From Eubacteriales bacterium (lineage in GTDB: Bacteria > Bacillota > Clostridia > Oscillospirales > CAG-272), in assembly GCA_045655565.1 (NCBI GenBank), contig JAZOPN010000054.1, forward strand, positions 5,875 to 69,874: a stretch of DNA of 64,000 bases, written 5' to 3'. Shown here in pieces: positions 28,664 to 40,074 of the stretch. Within the stretch, counting starts at the first letter, position 1, and each line of letters begins with the position of its first letter. The notes beneath the pieces were generated by a model. The model was given only the letters and a program-made list of their open reading frames with translations, was not told the origin of the DNA and made no database searches. The translations under genes and the position numbers were made by a program.

Positions 28664-30792
28664 ATATCCATTATAATGGGAAGTATCATTGGCTTACGCT
28701 TAGTGACGCGGAAGATAAACTTCGCGAGGTCATCTCTAATAATTCCCTTGATATGCGTCCAATCGGTAAGGCGATTTTCAAGTATGCGCTTTAGTGCATC
28801 CTCAGCAATTTTCCTAACATCATTCATCAGGTCCTCTGACTCCTTAACATAAACAAAGCCACGCGATACAATATCAGGTCCTGATAGAATATACCCTCCC
28901 TCGAGGTCAAGGGTAGCAACAACGACAACAAGTCCATCCTCTGCGAGGTGCTTTCTGTCGCGAAGAACAACGCTACCGATATCACCGACACCGGCGCCGT
29001 CAACAAGCACCTTGCCGGCCGGCACCTCACCGGCGAATTTCGCCTCATCTCGTGTTACCTCTAGCACCCGACCGATATTAGACACAAAAATTCTGTCCGC
29101 ACTAATACCCATAAACTCGGCAATATCCTTGTTGGCGTATAGGTGTCTATACTCGCCGTGAATAGGCATAAAGAATTTAGGTCGAAGAAGTGCCATAAGC
29201 AGTTTTATCTCCTCGGCACAGGCGTGTCCCGACACGTGCACATCCTCGACGGTATCATTGACAACCCTAACACCCGAGCGAATAAGCGCATTTACAATCC
29301 TGCCGACAAGCTTCTCGTTGCCGGGGATAGCGTGCGCCGAAAGTACAACAACATCATCGGTGGTTAATTTGACACGGTCGTGCTCGGAGAACGCTATGCG
29401 ATAGAGTGCCGACATCGGCTCGCCCTGGCTTCCTGTGGTAATTAAGGTTATTTCGCCCGGTTTGTATCTCTTCATATCGCTAACATCTATCAGCACACCA
29501 TCCGGAAGCTCCATATATCCAAGCTCCACCGCAGCACCTATAACATTCGTCATACTTCTGCCGAGTATAGCAACCTTTCTTCCGTGCTTATATGAGGTGT
29601 TTATTATCTGCTGTACCCTATGCACATTTGAGGAGAATGTCGCGATAATCAGCCTCTTATTTTCATACTGCGCAAAGATGCGTTCAAGAGATGAGCCTAC
29701 CGTCCTCTCCGAGGCGGTGAAGCCCGGACGCTCGGCATTTGTAGACTCACAGAGCATAAGCGTTACGCCCTCGCGCCCAAGCTCGCCAATGCGCGTCAGG
29801 TCCATCATCTGCCCATCAATCGGCGAGACATCAATCTTAAAGTCACCCGAATGGTAAACAACACCGATAGGGGTGTGTATCGCGATAGCACATGCATCCG
29901 CTATCGAATGATTTACGTGGATAAACTCCGCGCGGAAAACACCGAGAGAAACGCTATCGCCCGCCTCAACAGTGCGCAGGTCAGGATAGTTTGGTGGGGG
30001 CAGTTCATCAAGCTTGCCCTCTATTATACCGAGAGAGAGCCTTGTGCCATAGATTGGCACATTAATCTGTCTTAAAATGTATGGCACAGCACCTATATGG
30101 TCCTCGTGCCCGTGCGTTATAAGTATTCCCTTTACGCGGTGCGCGTTTGTTACAAGATAGGATACATCGGGTATAACCAAATCCACGCCCGGCATATCAT
30201 CATCGGGGAAGCCCATACCGCAGTCAATAACGATTATGTCCTCTCCATACTCAAGAACGGTCATATTTTTGCCGATTTCCTCAAGTCCGCCAAGGCACAT
30301 TACCCTAAGGGGTGTTTTTTTCTTGTTCTGTACTGTGCGTCCCTTTGCCTTTGGTGCTTTTTTGGACACCTCGCGACTTGACTGTATGTCAGCCTTTTTA
30401 GTATCTAGTGTATCTATATTCATCTTAGGTTTATCTCTTTTGGGTGCGCCCGCCTTCGGTTTTGCGCCCGATATATCAGTCTTGGGGTCGGTTGCCTTTC
30501 GTCTGTTGCTCGGTCTCGCTGTGCCGTGACTATCCAACCTTGGCACTCCCCTAGGTCTGTCCACTTTTGGCTTTGGCTCGTGTTTTGCCACAGAAGCTAC
30601 TCTATCAGTGGTTTCTACCACCTGTATAGGCTCAACCTTATTCCCTCTTCTCTGCTTTTTGGGTGGCTGTGTTACAGGCTGTGTTGCGGTCGGCTCTTTA
30701 GACTTTATTCCCGACCTTTTATCGGAGGCAGGTCTCTTATTACCCGACACCGCATAACCGCTATGCGCTTTCCCCTTTCTTTTTTCTATCAT
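28660..30792 (-). CDS. rnj: Ribonuclease J with long basic N-terminal extension
   Basis: From ~residue 162: metallo-beta-lactamase/beta-CASP pattern (LGGLEEIGKNM..ITHGHEDHIG..). Residues 1-160 are K/R/P-rich and low complexity. The start codon is uncertain (an internal ATG corresponds to residue 124). Confidence 0.88.
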   Translation of the reverse strand: MIEKRKGKAHSGYAVSGNKRPASDKRSGIKSKEPTATQPVTQPPKKQRRGNKVEPIQVVETTDRVASVAKHEPKPKVDRPRGVPRLDSHGTARPSNRRKATDPKTDISGAKPKAGAPKRDKPKMNIDTLDTKKADIQSSREVSKKAPKAKGRTVQNKKKTPLRVMCLGGLEEIGKNMTVLEYGEDIIVIDCGMGFPDDDMPGVDLVIPDVSYLVTNAHRVKGILITHGHEDHIGAVPYILRQINVPIYGTRLSLGIIEGKLDELPPPNYPDLRTVEAGDSVSLGVFRAEFIHVNHSIADACAIAIHTPIGVVYHSGDFKIDVSPIDGQMMDLTRIGELGREGVTLMLCESTNAERPGFTASERTVGSSLERIFAQYENKRLIIATFSSNVHRVQQIINTSYKHGRKVAILGRSMTNVIGAAVELGYMELPDGVLIDVSDMKRYKPGEITLITTGSQGEPMSALYRIAFSEHDRVKLTTDDVVVLSAHAIPGNEKLVGRIVNALIRSGVRVVNDTVEDVHVSGHACAEEIKLLMALLRPKFFMPIHGEYRHLYANKDIAEFMGISADRIFVSNIGRVLEVTRDEAKFAGEVPAGKVLVDGAGVGDIGSVVLRDRKHLAEDGLVVVVATLDLEGGYILSGPDIVSRGFVYVKESEDLMNDVRKIAEDALKRILENRLTDWTHIKGIIRDDLAKFIFRVTKRKPMILPIIMDI

Positions 30793-30838
30793 ATATGTTC
30801 ACAAGGCAGAGAACATCTCTGCCTGCCTTTCTTCAAAA

Positions 30839-31123
30839 TTAAAATATAAATGTAAATAATAATGTACATACTACGCCAACAATAAACGCAGGTAAATGTC
30901 TAATAAGAAAGCCTATAACGCGTCCGTGTCTCATGCGGCCATCTACAAGTCTGCCCCTATCCTCTAGGCTCTCGTCAATAATTCTGTTTGCCTCTCTCAC
31001 CATATCCCCGTCCGATAGAGCCGTAGTATCTACCCTATCATCTATAATGAAATAGGCCTCACTGAATATTTTACTTTCTGTATTCTTGAGAAAAACTACT
31101 CTTCTTTGACATCCTCTTACCAT
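30839..31123 (-). CDS. Hypothetical small protein with C-terminal TM helix
   Basis: Start placed at ATG 31123 (SD GGGGGT). 94 aa. No family recognised. Confidence 0.5.
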   Translation of the reverse strand: MVRGCQRRVVFLKNTESKIFSEAYFIIDDRVDTTALSDGDMVREANRIIDESLEDRGRLVDGRMRHGRVIGFLIRHLPAFIVGVVCTLLFTFIF

Positions 31124-31254
31124 TTTACCCCCATAAAACTCGACACGGGTTGGGTGATACACACCGTCACCTCACACCCGCATCTATGTTATACATATTC
31201 TTAGTAAGAGAATTATAGTCCTTAATTCTTCTGTTTATTCAAATATGTGCTTTA

Positions 31255-31839
31255 TTACCATCCGAAAATTCTTGCGAAAAAGCCCTTCTTCTTAGGCTCG
31301 TCCTTTTCATCTTCCTCGACTTTGGGTGTCTCGACTACCGTAGACTCCTCGGTCACAGGCAGGAGGGTGGTCTGCTCGATGGGTTCTTCATCTACTACGG
31401 GTACTGCTGTTTCTTCTACCACAGTCGCCTCGACAGGTGTCTCAACAACGGTTTCATCAACAACGGGTGTCGCCGTCTCATCAACCGTTAACATCTCTTC
31501 AATGGGTGTCTCTATAACAGTCGCCTCGACAGGTGTATCTACTACCTCTTCCGCTTCCTCGGCTCGCCTTACCTCTCGCTCAATTCTCTCCCTCTCGGCC
31601 TTTGGTATTCTCTTTTTCTTTTTTTCGGGAAGAACTACCTCATAGCCGTCGTCAAGCAGATCATCAATAGAGATGCCGAAAAGCTTCTTAAGTTCAACAA
31701 GCTTCATTGCCTCAGGATAGGACTGACCCGACTCCCACTTATATACCGCCTGTCTAGATACACCTACCGCACTTGCAAGCTCGTCCTGGGTTATTGATCT
31801 TAGTTTTCTAAGTTTTACGAGTTTTTCCTGGAAAGTCAT
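31255..31839 (-). CDS. XRE-family HTH protein with acidic repeat linker and C-terminal amphipathic tail
   Basis: N-terminal ..ITQDELASAVGVSRQAVYKWESGQSYP.. HTH. Internal P-V-E-A-T-V-type repeats (the DNA repeat ACAGTCGCCTCGACAGGTGT occurs twice). Ends in KKKGFFARIFGW. Confidence 0.75.
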   Translation of the reverse strand: MTFQEKLVKLRKLRSITQDELASAVGVSRQAVYKWESGQSYPEAMKLVELKKLFGISIDDLLDDGYEVVLPEKKKKRIPKAERERIEREVRRAEEAEEVVDTPVEATVIETPIEEMLTVDETATPVVDETVVETPVEATVVEETAVPVVDEEPIEQTTLLPVTEESTVVETPKVEEDEKDEPKKKGFFARIFGW

Positions 31840-31860
31840 TTCTTTTCTCCTTGTCTTCGT

Positions 31861-32544
31861 TTATTTCAATAAATCGTTGTCTAGATACTCGTTGTAGTTG
31901 GCGAAGCAGGGGCTGTCAATTCTCCAGCCATACTCCTCCTCATACATATTAAATTTAACACTAACCGTCATCTGCTCGCCATCGGCATTAGCAACCCTCG
32001 CATCCACACTGACAAATACTATTTCCTTTTTCACACCCGTTACCTTTAGTGTAGAGTAGTCATAGTCTATCAGCCTGTCATCATAGAGCTGCTGATCCTC
32101 GGGGCGCATACTGATGTAGTAGTACACCATAATTCTAAGCGGTACGGTTTCCTGAAGGTCCTCATACACCTGATAGTATTTAGCAGTGAACTTAACTACA
32201 TCGTCATCCTGTATCGCGGAGAGCTTGTTTTCGAAAATCTCCTCGGAATAGCGGATACTGAATACCTCTAGGGTCTTTTCCTTTAATTCAGGTATAGATG
32301 TAAATCCGAGCTTATCTAGGTGGAGTGGGTCTGCCGAATAGTAGTTACCATTGCGGTAGGAGTCATCGATATGTGCAATACCGTTGCCATACCATACCGA
32401 GTTGAGCATCTTCGCCCCCTCTAACAACTCCTCGGCAGCCTCTACAACCTCATCTTCATTATATCTACGATTACAGGAAGCGAGCGAGAGAAGAGAGGAC
32501 ATAATCATAAGGATAGTGGCTATAAGCGCAACTATTCGTCTCAT
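31861..32544 (-). CDS. Hypothetical lipoprotein
   Basis: Signal peptide with lipobox LASC. 227 aa. Its ATG overlaps the gyrA stop (ATGA). Confidence 0.6.
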   Translation of the reverse strand: MRRIVALIATILMIMSSLLSLASCNRRYNEDEVVEAAEELLEGAKMLNSVWYGNGIAHIDDSYRNGNYYSADPLHLDKLGFTSIPELKEKTLEVFSIRYSEEIFENKLSAIQDDDVVKFTAKYYQVYEDLQETVPLRIMVYYYISMRPEDQQLYDDRLIDYDYSTLKVTGVKKEIVFVSVDARVANADGEQMTVSVKFNMYEEEYGWRIDSPCFANYNEYLDNDLLK

Positions 32545-35090
32545 TCCTCGTCGTCTCCCTCGCTTGTGTCACCCTCAACAATCTCCGGCATATTGGGTTT
32601 TTCGGCAATCTCGCGCTCTACCTCTTCTCTCTCGCGAAGAAGCTCCTCGTCAGGCTCAATGCGTGCTACATTATTGATGTATGCACCGTCTGCAAGACGC
32701 ATAACGATAACGCCTGTCGCAGTCCTCGAATATACATTTATCGAGGATACATTTGTTCTGATAATAACGCCCTCGTTGGTGATAAGCATAATGTCGTCAT
32801 TCTCGCTTACGGTGATAACGCTGGCGAGCTTACCCGTCTTATCGGAAATCTTCTGGCAGGCTACACCCTTACCTCCTCTGTGCTTCATCTCACGGAATTC
32901 ATCGAAGCTGGTACGCTTACCGACACCGCGCTCGGTTATGGTGAGAAGATACCTCTTCTCATCAACAAGTGCGACGCCTACTACATAATCGTCATCAGCA
33001 AGGGTTATACCCTTAACGCCTCTTGCGCCTCTACCCATCGACCTGACGTTATTCTCGTCAAATCTTACCGCCATACCGTCTCGTGTCGCGATAATGAGGT
33101 TTTCAGTACCGTCGGTGTGGCGCACGAAGATAAGCTCGTCACCCTCATCGAGGCTGATAGCCTTCTTACCCTTAGCGCGCTGGTACTCAAACTCCTTAAG
33201 GAGCGTTCTTTTGATAACACCGTTTTTGGTTACCATTGTGAGGTACTCGCCCTCGGCGAACTCGGTAATCGGAATGATAGCGGTTACATACTCGCCCTCA
33301 ACCAGGTTGATGATGTTGACAAGGTTAGTACCCTTTGCCGTTCTCGACGCCTCGGGCACGCGGTATGCTTTCTTAGCATATACTCTACCGCAGTTGGTGA
33401 AGAACATAAGTAGCGAATGGCTGTTGGCAACTATAACATCCTCGACGAAGTCATCCTCCTTGGTAGTCATACCTATGACACCCTTGCCACCTCTGTTCTG
33501 CGCAGAATATACATCAGCTCTCTGACGCTTGATGTAGCCTGTATGGCTGACGGTTATAACGCAGGTGTGCCTCTCGATAAGGTCTTCAAGGTCAATTTCC
33601 TCGGTAGCCTCGACAAGCTCGGAGCGTCTGTCATCACCAAACTTATTTCTAATCTCGGTCATCTCGTCCTTAATAATCTCGACAATGCGTCCCTCGTCGG
33701 CAAGGATAGCGCGATACTGTTCGATAAGCTCGGTGAGCCTAGTAATTCTATCCTCAACCTTTTGTCTCTCAAGACCCGAGAGCTTACCGAGCGTCATCTC
33801 TACAATTGCCTGTGCCTGTGCCTCAGAAAGCGCGAAGCGCTCAACCAACCTCTCCTTAGCATTCGGGATAGAGATCGAGGACTTGATTATAGCGATAACC
33901 TCGTCGATATTATCAATAGCAATCTTGTAGCCCTCAAGAATATGTATCTCGCGAAGTGCCTTATCTAAGTCGAACTGAACTCTGTTTTTGATTACATTCT
34001 TCTGATGCTCGATATACCTATCAAGTATGCCCATAAGCGAGAGCGTCTTAGGCTCACCGCCATCAATAACGAGCATATTGATAGAGCAGGTGCTCTGGAG
34101 CTGGGAGAACTTATAAAGCTGGTTTAGGATAACCTCGCCGTTGGCGTCCTTTCTATACTCTACAACAATTCTCATACCACCACGGCCGGACTCGTCACGC
34201 AGGGCGGTTATACCCTCTATACGCTTGTCCTTAACCAGATTAGCAATAGCCTCAACAAGCATAGCTTTGTTAACCATATATGGGATTTCGGTGAAGATAA
34301 TTCTTCTCTTATCATCCTCAATTGTGGCGCGCGCTCTTACATATACCTTACCTCTGCCCGTTTCGTAAGCCTCTCTTATACCGCGAGAGCCGTAGATGAT
34401 AGCGGCGGTCGGGAAATCAGGGCCCTTTATGAACATCATAAGGTCGTCAACCGTACACTCGGGGTTTTCCATACGGTAAATTGTACCGTCTATAACCTCT
34501 CTTAGGTTATGCGGGGGGATATTGGTAGCCATACCAACAGCGATACCGACAGCACCGTTCACCAAAACATTTGGGAAGCGAGAGGGAAGAACGGTCGGCT
34601 CATCGCGTGTGTTATCGAAGTTGCGCGTCATAGGCACAACATTCTTCTCGATATCCGACATCATATAGTCGGCAATACGCGCCATTCTCGCCTCGGTATA
34701 ACGGTATGCCGCAGCACCATCACCGTCTATGTTACCGAAGTTACCGTGTCCCTCGACAAGCGGGTAACGCAGAGAGAAGTCCTGCGCCATTCTTACCATC
34801 GACTCATATACGGCGGAGTCACCGTGTGGATGGTATCTACCAAGCACATTACCGACGGTCGTTGCCGACTTACGGAACGGCTTATCGTGTGTTAGATTAT
34901 CCTCATACATAGCGTAGAGGATACGCCTCTGTCCCGGCTTCATACCGTCGCGGACATCGGGCAGAGCACGAGAGGTGATAACGCTCATCGAATACTCTAT
35001 GAATGACTGCCTAACCTCTCGCTCCATATCTCGCATTTCTATTCTTTGATTAGGAAATTCGATATCTGTGGATGTATAGTTATGTTCCAT
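32541..35090 (-). CDS. gyrA: DNA gyrase subunit A
   Basis: ..DGMKPGQRRILYAM..AAAYRYTEARM.. and the C-terminal beta-pinwheel repeats. 849 aa. Confidence 0.97.
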   Translation of the reverse strand: MEHNYTSTDIEFPNQRIEMRDMEREVRQSFIEYSMSVITSRALPDVRDGMKPGQRRILYAMYEDNLTHDKPFRKSATTVGNVLGRYHPHGDSAVYESMVRMAQDFSLRYPLVEGHGNFGNIDGDGAAAYRYTEARMARIADYMMSDIEKNVVPMTRNFDNTRDEPTVLPSRFPNVLVNGAVGIAVGMATNIPPHNLREVIDGTIYRMENPECTVDDLMMFIKGPDFPTAAIIYGSRGIREAYETGRGKVYVRARATIEDDKRRIIFTEIPYMVNKAMLVEAIANLVKDKRIEGITALRDESGRGGMRIVVEYRKDANGEVILNQLYKFSQLQSTCSINMLVIDGGEPKTLSLMGILDRYIEHQKNVIKNRVQFDLDKALREIHILEGYKIAIDNIDEVIAIIKSSISIPNAKERLVERFALSEAQAQAIVEMTLGKLSGLERQKVEDRITRLTELIEQYRAILADEGRIVEIIKDEMTEIRNKFGDDRRSELVEATEEIDLEDLIERHTCVITVSHTGYIKRQRADVYSAQNRGGKGVIGMTTKEDDFVEDVIVANSHSLLMFFTNCGRVYAKKAYRVPEASRTAKGTNLVNIINLVEGEYVTAIIPITEFAEGEYLTMVTKNGVIKRTLLKEFEYQRAKGKKAISLDEGDELIFVRHTDGTENLIIATRDGMAVRFDENNVRSMGRGARGVKGITLADDDYVVGVALVDEKRYLLTITERGVGKRTSFDEFREMKHRGGKGVACQKISDKTGKLASVITVSENDDIMLITNEGVIIRTNVSSINVYSRTATGVIVMRLADGAYINNVARIEPDEELLREREEVEREIAEKPNMPEIVEGDTSEGDDEE

Positions 35091-35135
35091 TATGGAATGT
35101 ACCTTTCTTTAATTTAACCGCTTATACTCGATGTC

Positions 35136-37121
<1,986 letters not shown>

Positions 37122-37231
37122 TTAGTTTTTCTTATCACTCTTGCCTACACCAGCATCACCAATCAGTCGGCGTGCCATTTATAGTTATAAAAAATTACTT
37201 ATATACAGAAGATAATTTCATAACCCCATTA

Positions 37232-37498
37232 TTATATACTCTCTTCTTTTCCCTCAGCTCTTTGCCTTAGTCCCTGGGTGGATATTCTCGAGAGGCGCAC
37301 GCGATATGTGCCATCCCTCTCCTTTGCGAGGACAAACGACCTCGGTAGGTCGCTGTCATCATATTCAACCCTACCTCGCCTCTGGTTAGAGTTAATAAAC
37401 CTCTTGGTTATACCCGACACCGTCGCGGTATCCAGGTCGAAAATGCCTATAATATCCCTTTTGCGGATACTCTTTCCGTTACCTATATGTAGGTACAT
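37232..37498 (-). CDS. remB: DUF370 / RemB-like protein
   Basis: MYLHIGNGKSIRKRDIIGIFDLD.. matches the DUF370 N-terminus. It occupies the recF-gyrB position as in B. subtilis. Start at ATG 37498, overlapping the recF 3' end. Confidence 0.75.
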   Translation of the reverse strand: MYLHIGNGKSIRKRDIIGIFDLDTATVSGITKRFINSNQRRGRVEYDDSDLPRSFVLAKERDGTYRVRLSRISTQGLRQRAEGKEESI

Positions 37499-38624
37499 AA
37501 GTACCCTCCTTAACCTCAATTACACGCTCCGCGCACTCAACAAGCTCGTCAGCCTCGCAGGATGTAATTATAATCTGTCTATCGCGCATACCCTCAATGA
37601 TATATCTTCTGCGCCTCTCGTCTAGCTCGGAGAGAACATCATCGAAGAGAAATACCGGGTATTCGCCATAAATCTCGCGTATAACCTCACCCTCTGCAAG
37701 CTTAAGTGCCAGGACAACCGACCTCGCCTGTCCCTGTGAGGCAAAGCTACGCGCGCCATATTCATTAATATTGATAATCAAGTCATCCCTCTGTGGCCCC
37801 CAAAGTGATGAGCCAACAGCAATCTCGCGCGAAATCTCACTAGTGAGTATTCTGTAATACTCGTCTCTCACAGCCTCACGGTCAATATCGCTATCTAACT
37901 CACCAACAGGATAGACCCCGTCAAGCCTTGGCACAGCCTTGATATCACTCTTGTAGCTGAGTGATAACTCTTCTGACCTACCCGACAGCTCCTTTACAAT
38001 TCCGGCGGCATATACCTCCAGCTTTTTTATGTACTCGACACGCATAAGGTAGATGTATGACGCGTACTCAGCCATAGACTGCGACCACGCCTCAATCTCC
38101 CCGCGGTCAATATCCATCTCCCGCGAGAGCTTAAGTAGCCTGTTTCGCGCCTCCAGTGCTTCCTTAAAGCGTGAGTAGTAGCCGAGGTATGACGGCCAAA
38201 CCTGGGATATCGCGACATTCAGGAACGCGCGCCTCTCGTCAGGCCCACCCTTCACAATCTCAAGGTTATCGGGATAGAATAGCACCGACTTAAAGCTCCC
38301 AATCATCTCCTTGACACGGGAAATCTTATAGCCGTTCTTCTTTCTTAATCTATCTCTGCCGAACACCGCATATTCAAGCGTTTCGACGCCGCCCCTGCTC
38401 TCATACTCAATCTTTATACGAAAGCCCTCAGCACCAAACCTAACCATATCGCGTTCCTCGGTTGCCCTATGCGACTTTCCGCGCGAGAACATATATATTC
38501 CCTCTACCGCGTTGGTCTTACCCTCGGCATTCATACCGACAAGCAGGTTTACCCCACTTGAAAACTCGATATTGCACTCTCTGATATTCCTAAAGTTTTC
38601 GGCAGAAAACCTTATTATCTTCAT
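37479..38624 (-). CDS. recF: DNA replication/repair protein RecF
   Basis: Walker A GMNAEGKTN, SMC-like signature ..SQGQARS.., Walker B LFDDVLSELD. Confidence 0.92.
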   Translation of the reverse strand: MKIIRFSAENFRNIRECNIEFSSGVNLLVGMNAEGKTNAVEGIYMFSRGKSHRATEERDMVRFGAEGFRIKIEYESRGGVETLEYAVFGRDRLRKKNGYKISRVKEMIGSFKSVLFYPDNLEIVKGGPDERRAFLNVAISQVWPSYLGYYSRFKEALEARNRLLKLSREMDIDRGEIEAWSQSMAEYASYIYLMRVEYIKKLEVYAAGIVKELSGRSEELSLSYKSDIKAVPRLDGVYPVGELDSDIDREAVRDEYYRILTSEISREIAVGSSLWGPQRDDLIININEYGARSFASQGQARSVVLALKLAEGEVIREIYGEYPVFLFDDVLSELDERRRRYIIEGMRDRQIIITSCEADELVECAERVIEVKEGTYVPTYR

Positions 38625-39781
38625 TACTTATTATCAGTCATCCTTACTGGTAGTATCATATAGAAGTATGTGAACTTGTCATCCGGCTCTGCCGCCTCGA
38701 TGGTGATAGCACGACCGGGATCTTCAAGAGTGATAACAATGTTCTCCCCCTCTGCCGCCTTAACACTGTTTATAAGATAACGGCAGTTAAAGCCTATCTC
38801 TATCTCGCGTCCCTCATGAACACAGTCCATCTCATCGGTTACAGCACCGTTCACCGAGGACGAGGTAAGGGTAAAGTAGTGGTGGTCGATAGATATCTTA
38901 ACATACCTTCTCGCCGAGCCCTGTATCTTCTCGTCAGCGATAATATTAGCCCTCTCAAGGCCGGAGAGAAGTCTCTCACGGTCAACCGTTACCTTTATAC
39001 TATTATTCTTAGGAATAATTCTGTTATAGTCAATGTACTCGAGATCTATTGTCCTGGTGAAGAATGTTATACCGTCTTTCTTGAATATTGCGTGCTTTCT
39101 TGAGAGATATATGTTAACAAGCTCCTCATCCCCCTCGGTAAGTATCTTCGACAGCTCGCCTATCGCGTGACCTGGTATAATAAAGGAATATGAAACATCA
39201 CCATCATTCGCGAGCGACTGTATCTCGCACTGTGCCCCGCACTTAGAGAGTGTGTAGGAGTCGCAGGATACAGCCTCAATAGTCCCCTTACCAATCTTGA
39301 AGTACGCACCGCAGAGCATAGGTCTTGTATCCTGATCGGCTATGGAGTGCTGCACCTTGGATATCATACTGCGAAGCACGTCAGCCGATACAGTGAAGCC
39401 ACGGTCGGTGATAAGGTCAGGCAGGTTTGGGAATTCCTCCCCCTTGATAGCAAACATCGAGAACGACGCCTTATCCGAGGTAATAGTACAGTTGAGTTTA
39501 TCATTAATGTCAAAGGTTATCTCATCATCAGAGAGCACCCTAATAGTCTGGTAGAGTCTCTGCGCGTTGATGATGAAGCTACCCTCCCTCTCGATAGAAA
39601 CAGGCTCGATAACAGCGCGATATCCCTTGTTCATATCATAGGTGGATATCTGTATTTTTCCATTGTCGAGCGTCTCGATAAGAACACCCTCTATTGCTGT
39701 TATAGTATTTCTATTAGAAACCGAGCCCATCGCGGGCGCGAGCTTTTCAATAAAAGCCGACTTCTGTACTGTGAATTTCAT
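38624..39781 (-). CDS. dnaN: DNA polymerase III beta sliding clamp
   Basis: 385 aa with three-domain clamp layout, located downstream of dnaA. Its stop overlaps the recF start. There is no yaaA-like S4 gene in between. Confidence 0.92.
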   Translation of the reverse strand: MKFTVQKSAFIEKLAPAMGSVSNRNTITAIEGVLIETLDNGKIQISTYDMNKGYRAVIEPVSIEREGSFIINAQRLYQTIRVLSDDEITFDINDKLNCTITSDKASFSMFAIKGEEFPNLPDLITDRGFTVSADVLRSMISKVQHSIADQDTRPMLCGAYFKIGKGTIEAVSCDSYTLSKCGAQCEIQSLANDGDVSYSFIIPGHAIGELSKILTEGDEELVNIYLSRKHAIFKKDGITFFTRTIDLEYIDYNRIIPKNNSIKVTVDRERLLSGLERANIIADEKIQGSARRYVKISIDHHYFTLTSSSVNGAVTDEMDCVHEGREIEIGFNCRYLINSVKAAEGENIVITLEDPGRAITIEAAEPDDKFTYFYMILPVRMTDNK

Positions 39782-39865
39782 TTTTATTTCTCCTTTTCTC
39801 TCCCACAGCGTGTATGAGAGATATACATATATTCATTAGTTATATAATTTTAATTGTAATAATGC

Positions 39866-40035
39866 TGTTGAAAATGTTGAAAAGTGGACAAGCCCACGAA
39901 AGCACTTAGAAAATTATGAGTTTTTCTCAACATTTTTTCCTGTTATAAAATGTTATAAACTGTGATTTAGTTTTCCACAAAGTTTTCAACACTAAAATAA
40001 CATTAAAACTGTGTATATTTTTCAACATTTCAACA
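39866..40035. other. DnaA-box cluster (oriC-type) in the dnaA-dnaN spacer
   Basis: Left set, TGTGGATAA orientation: TGTTGAAAA at 39866 and 39875, AGTGGACAA at 39883. Right set, TTATCCACA orientation: TTCTCAACA at 39924, TTTTCCACA at 39971 (1 mismatch), TTTTCAACA at 39983 and 40019, ATTTCAACA at 40027. The flanks are AT-rich. Confidence 0.55.
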
Positions 40036-40074
40036 CTCTAAGTAAAAGGAATAAAAGTAGTGATATACCCTCGT

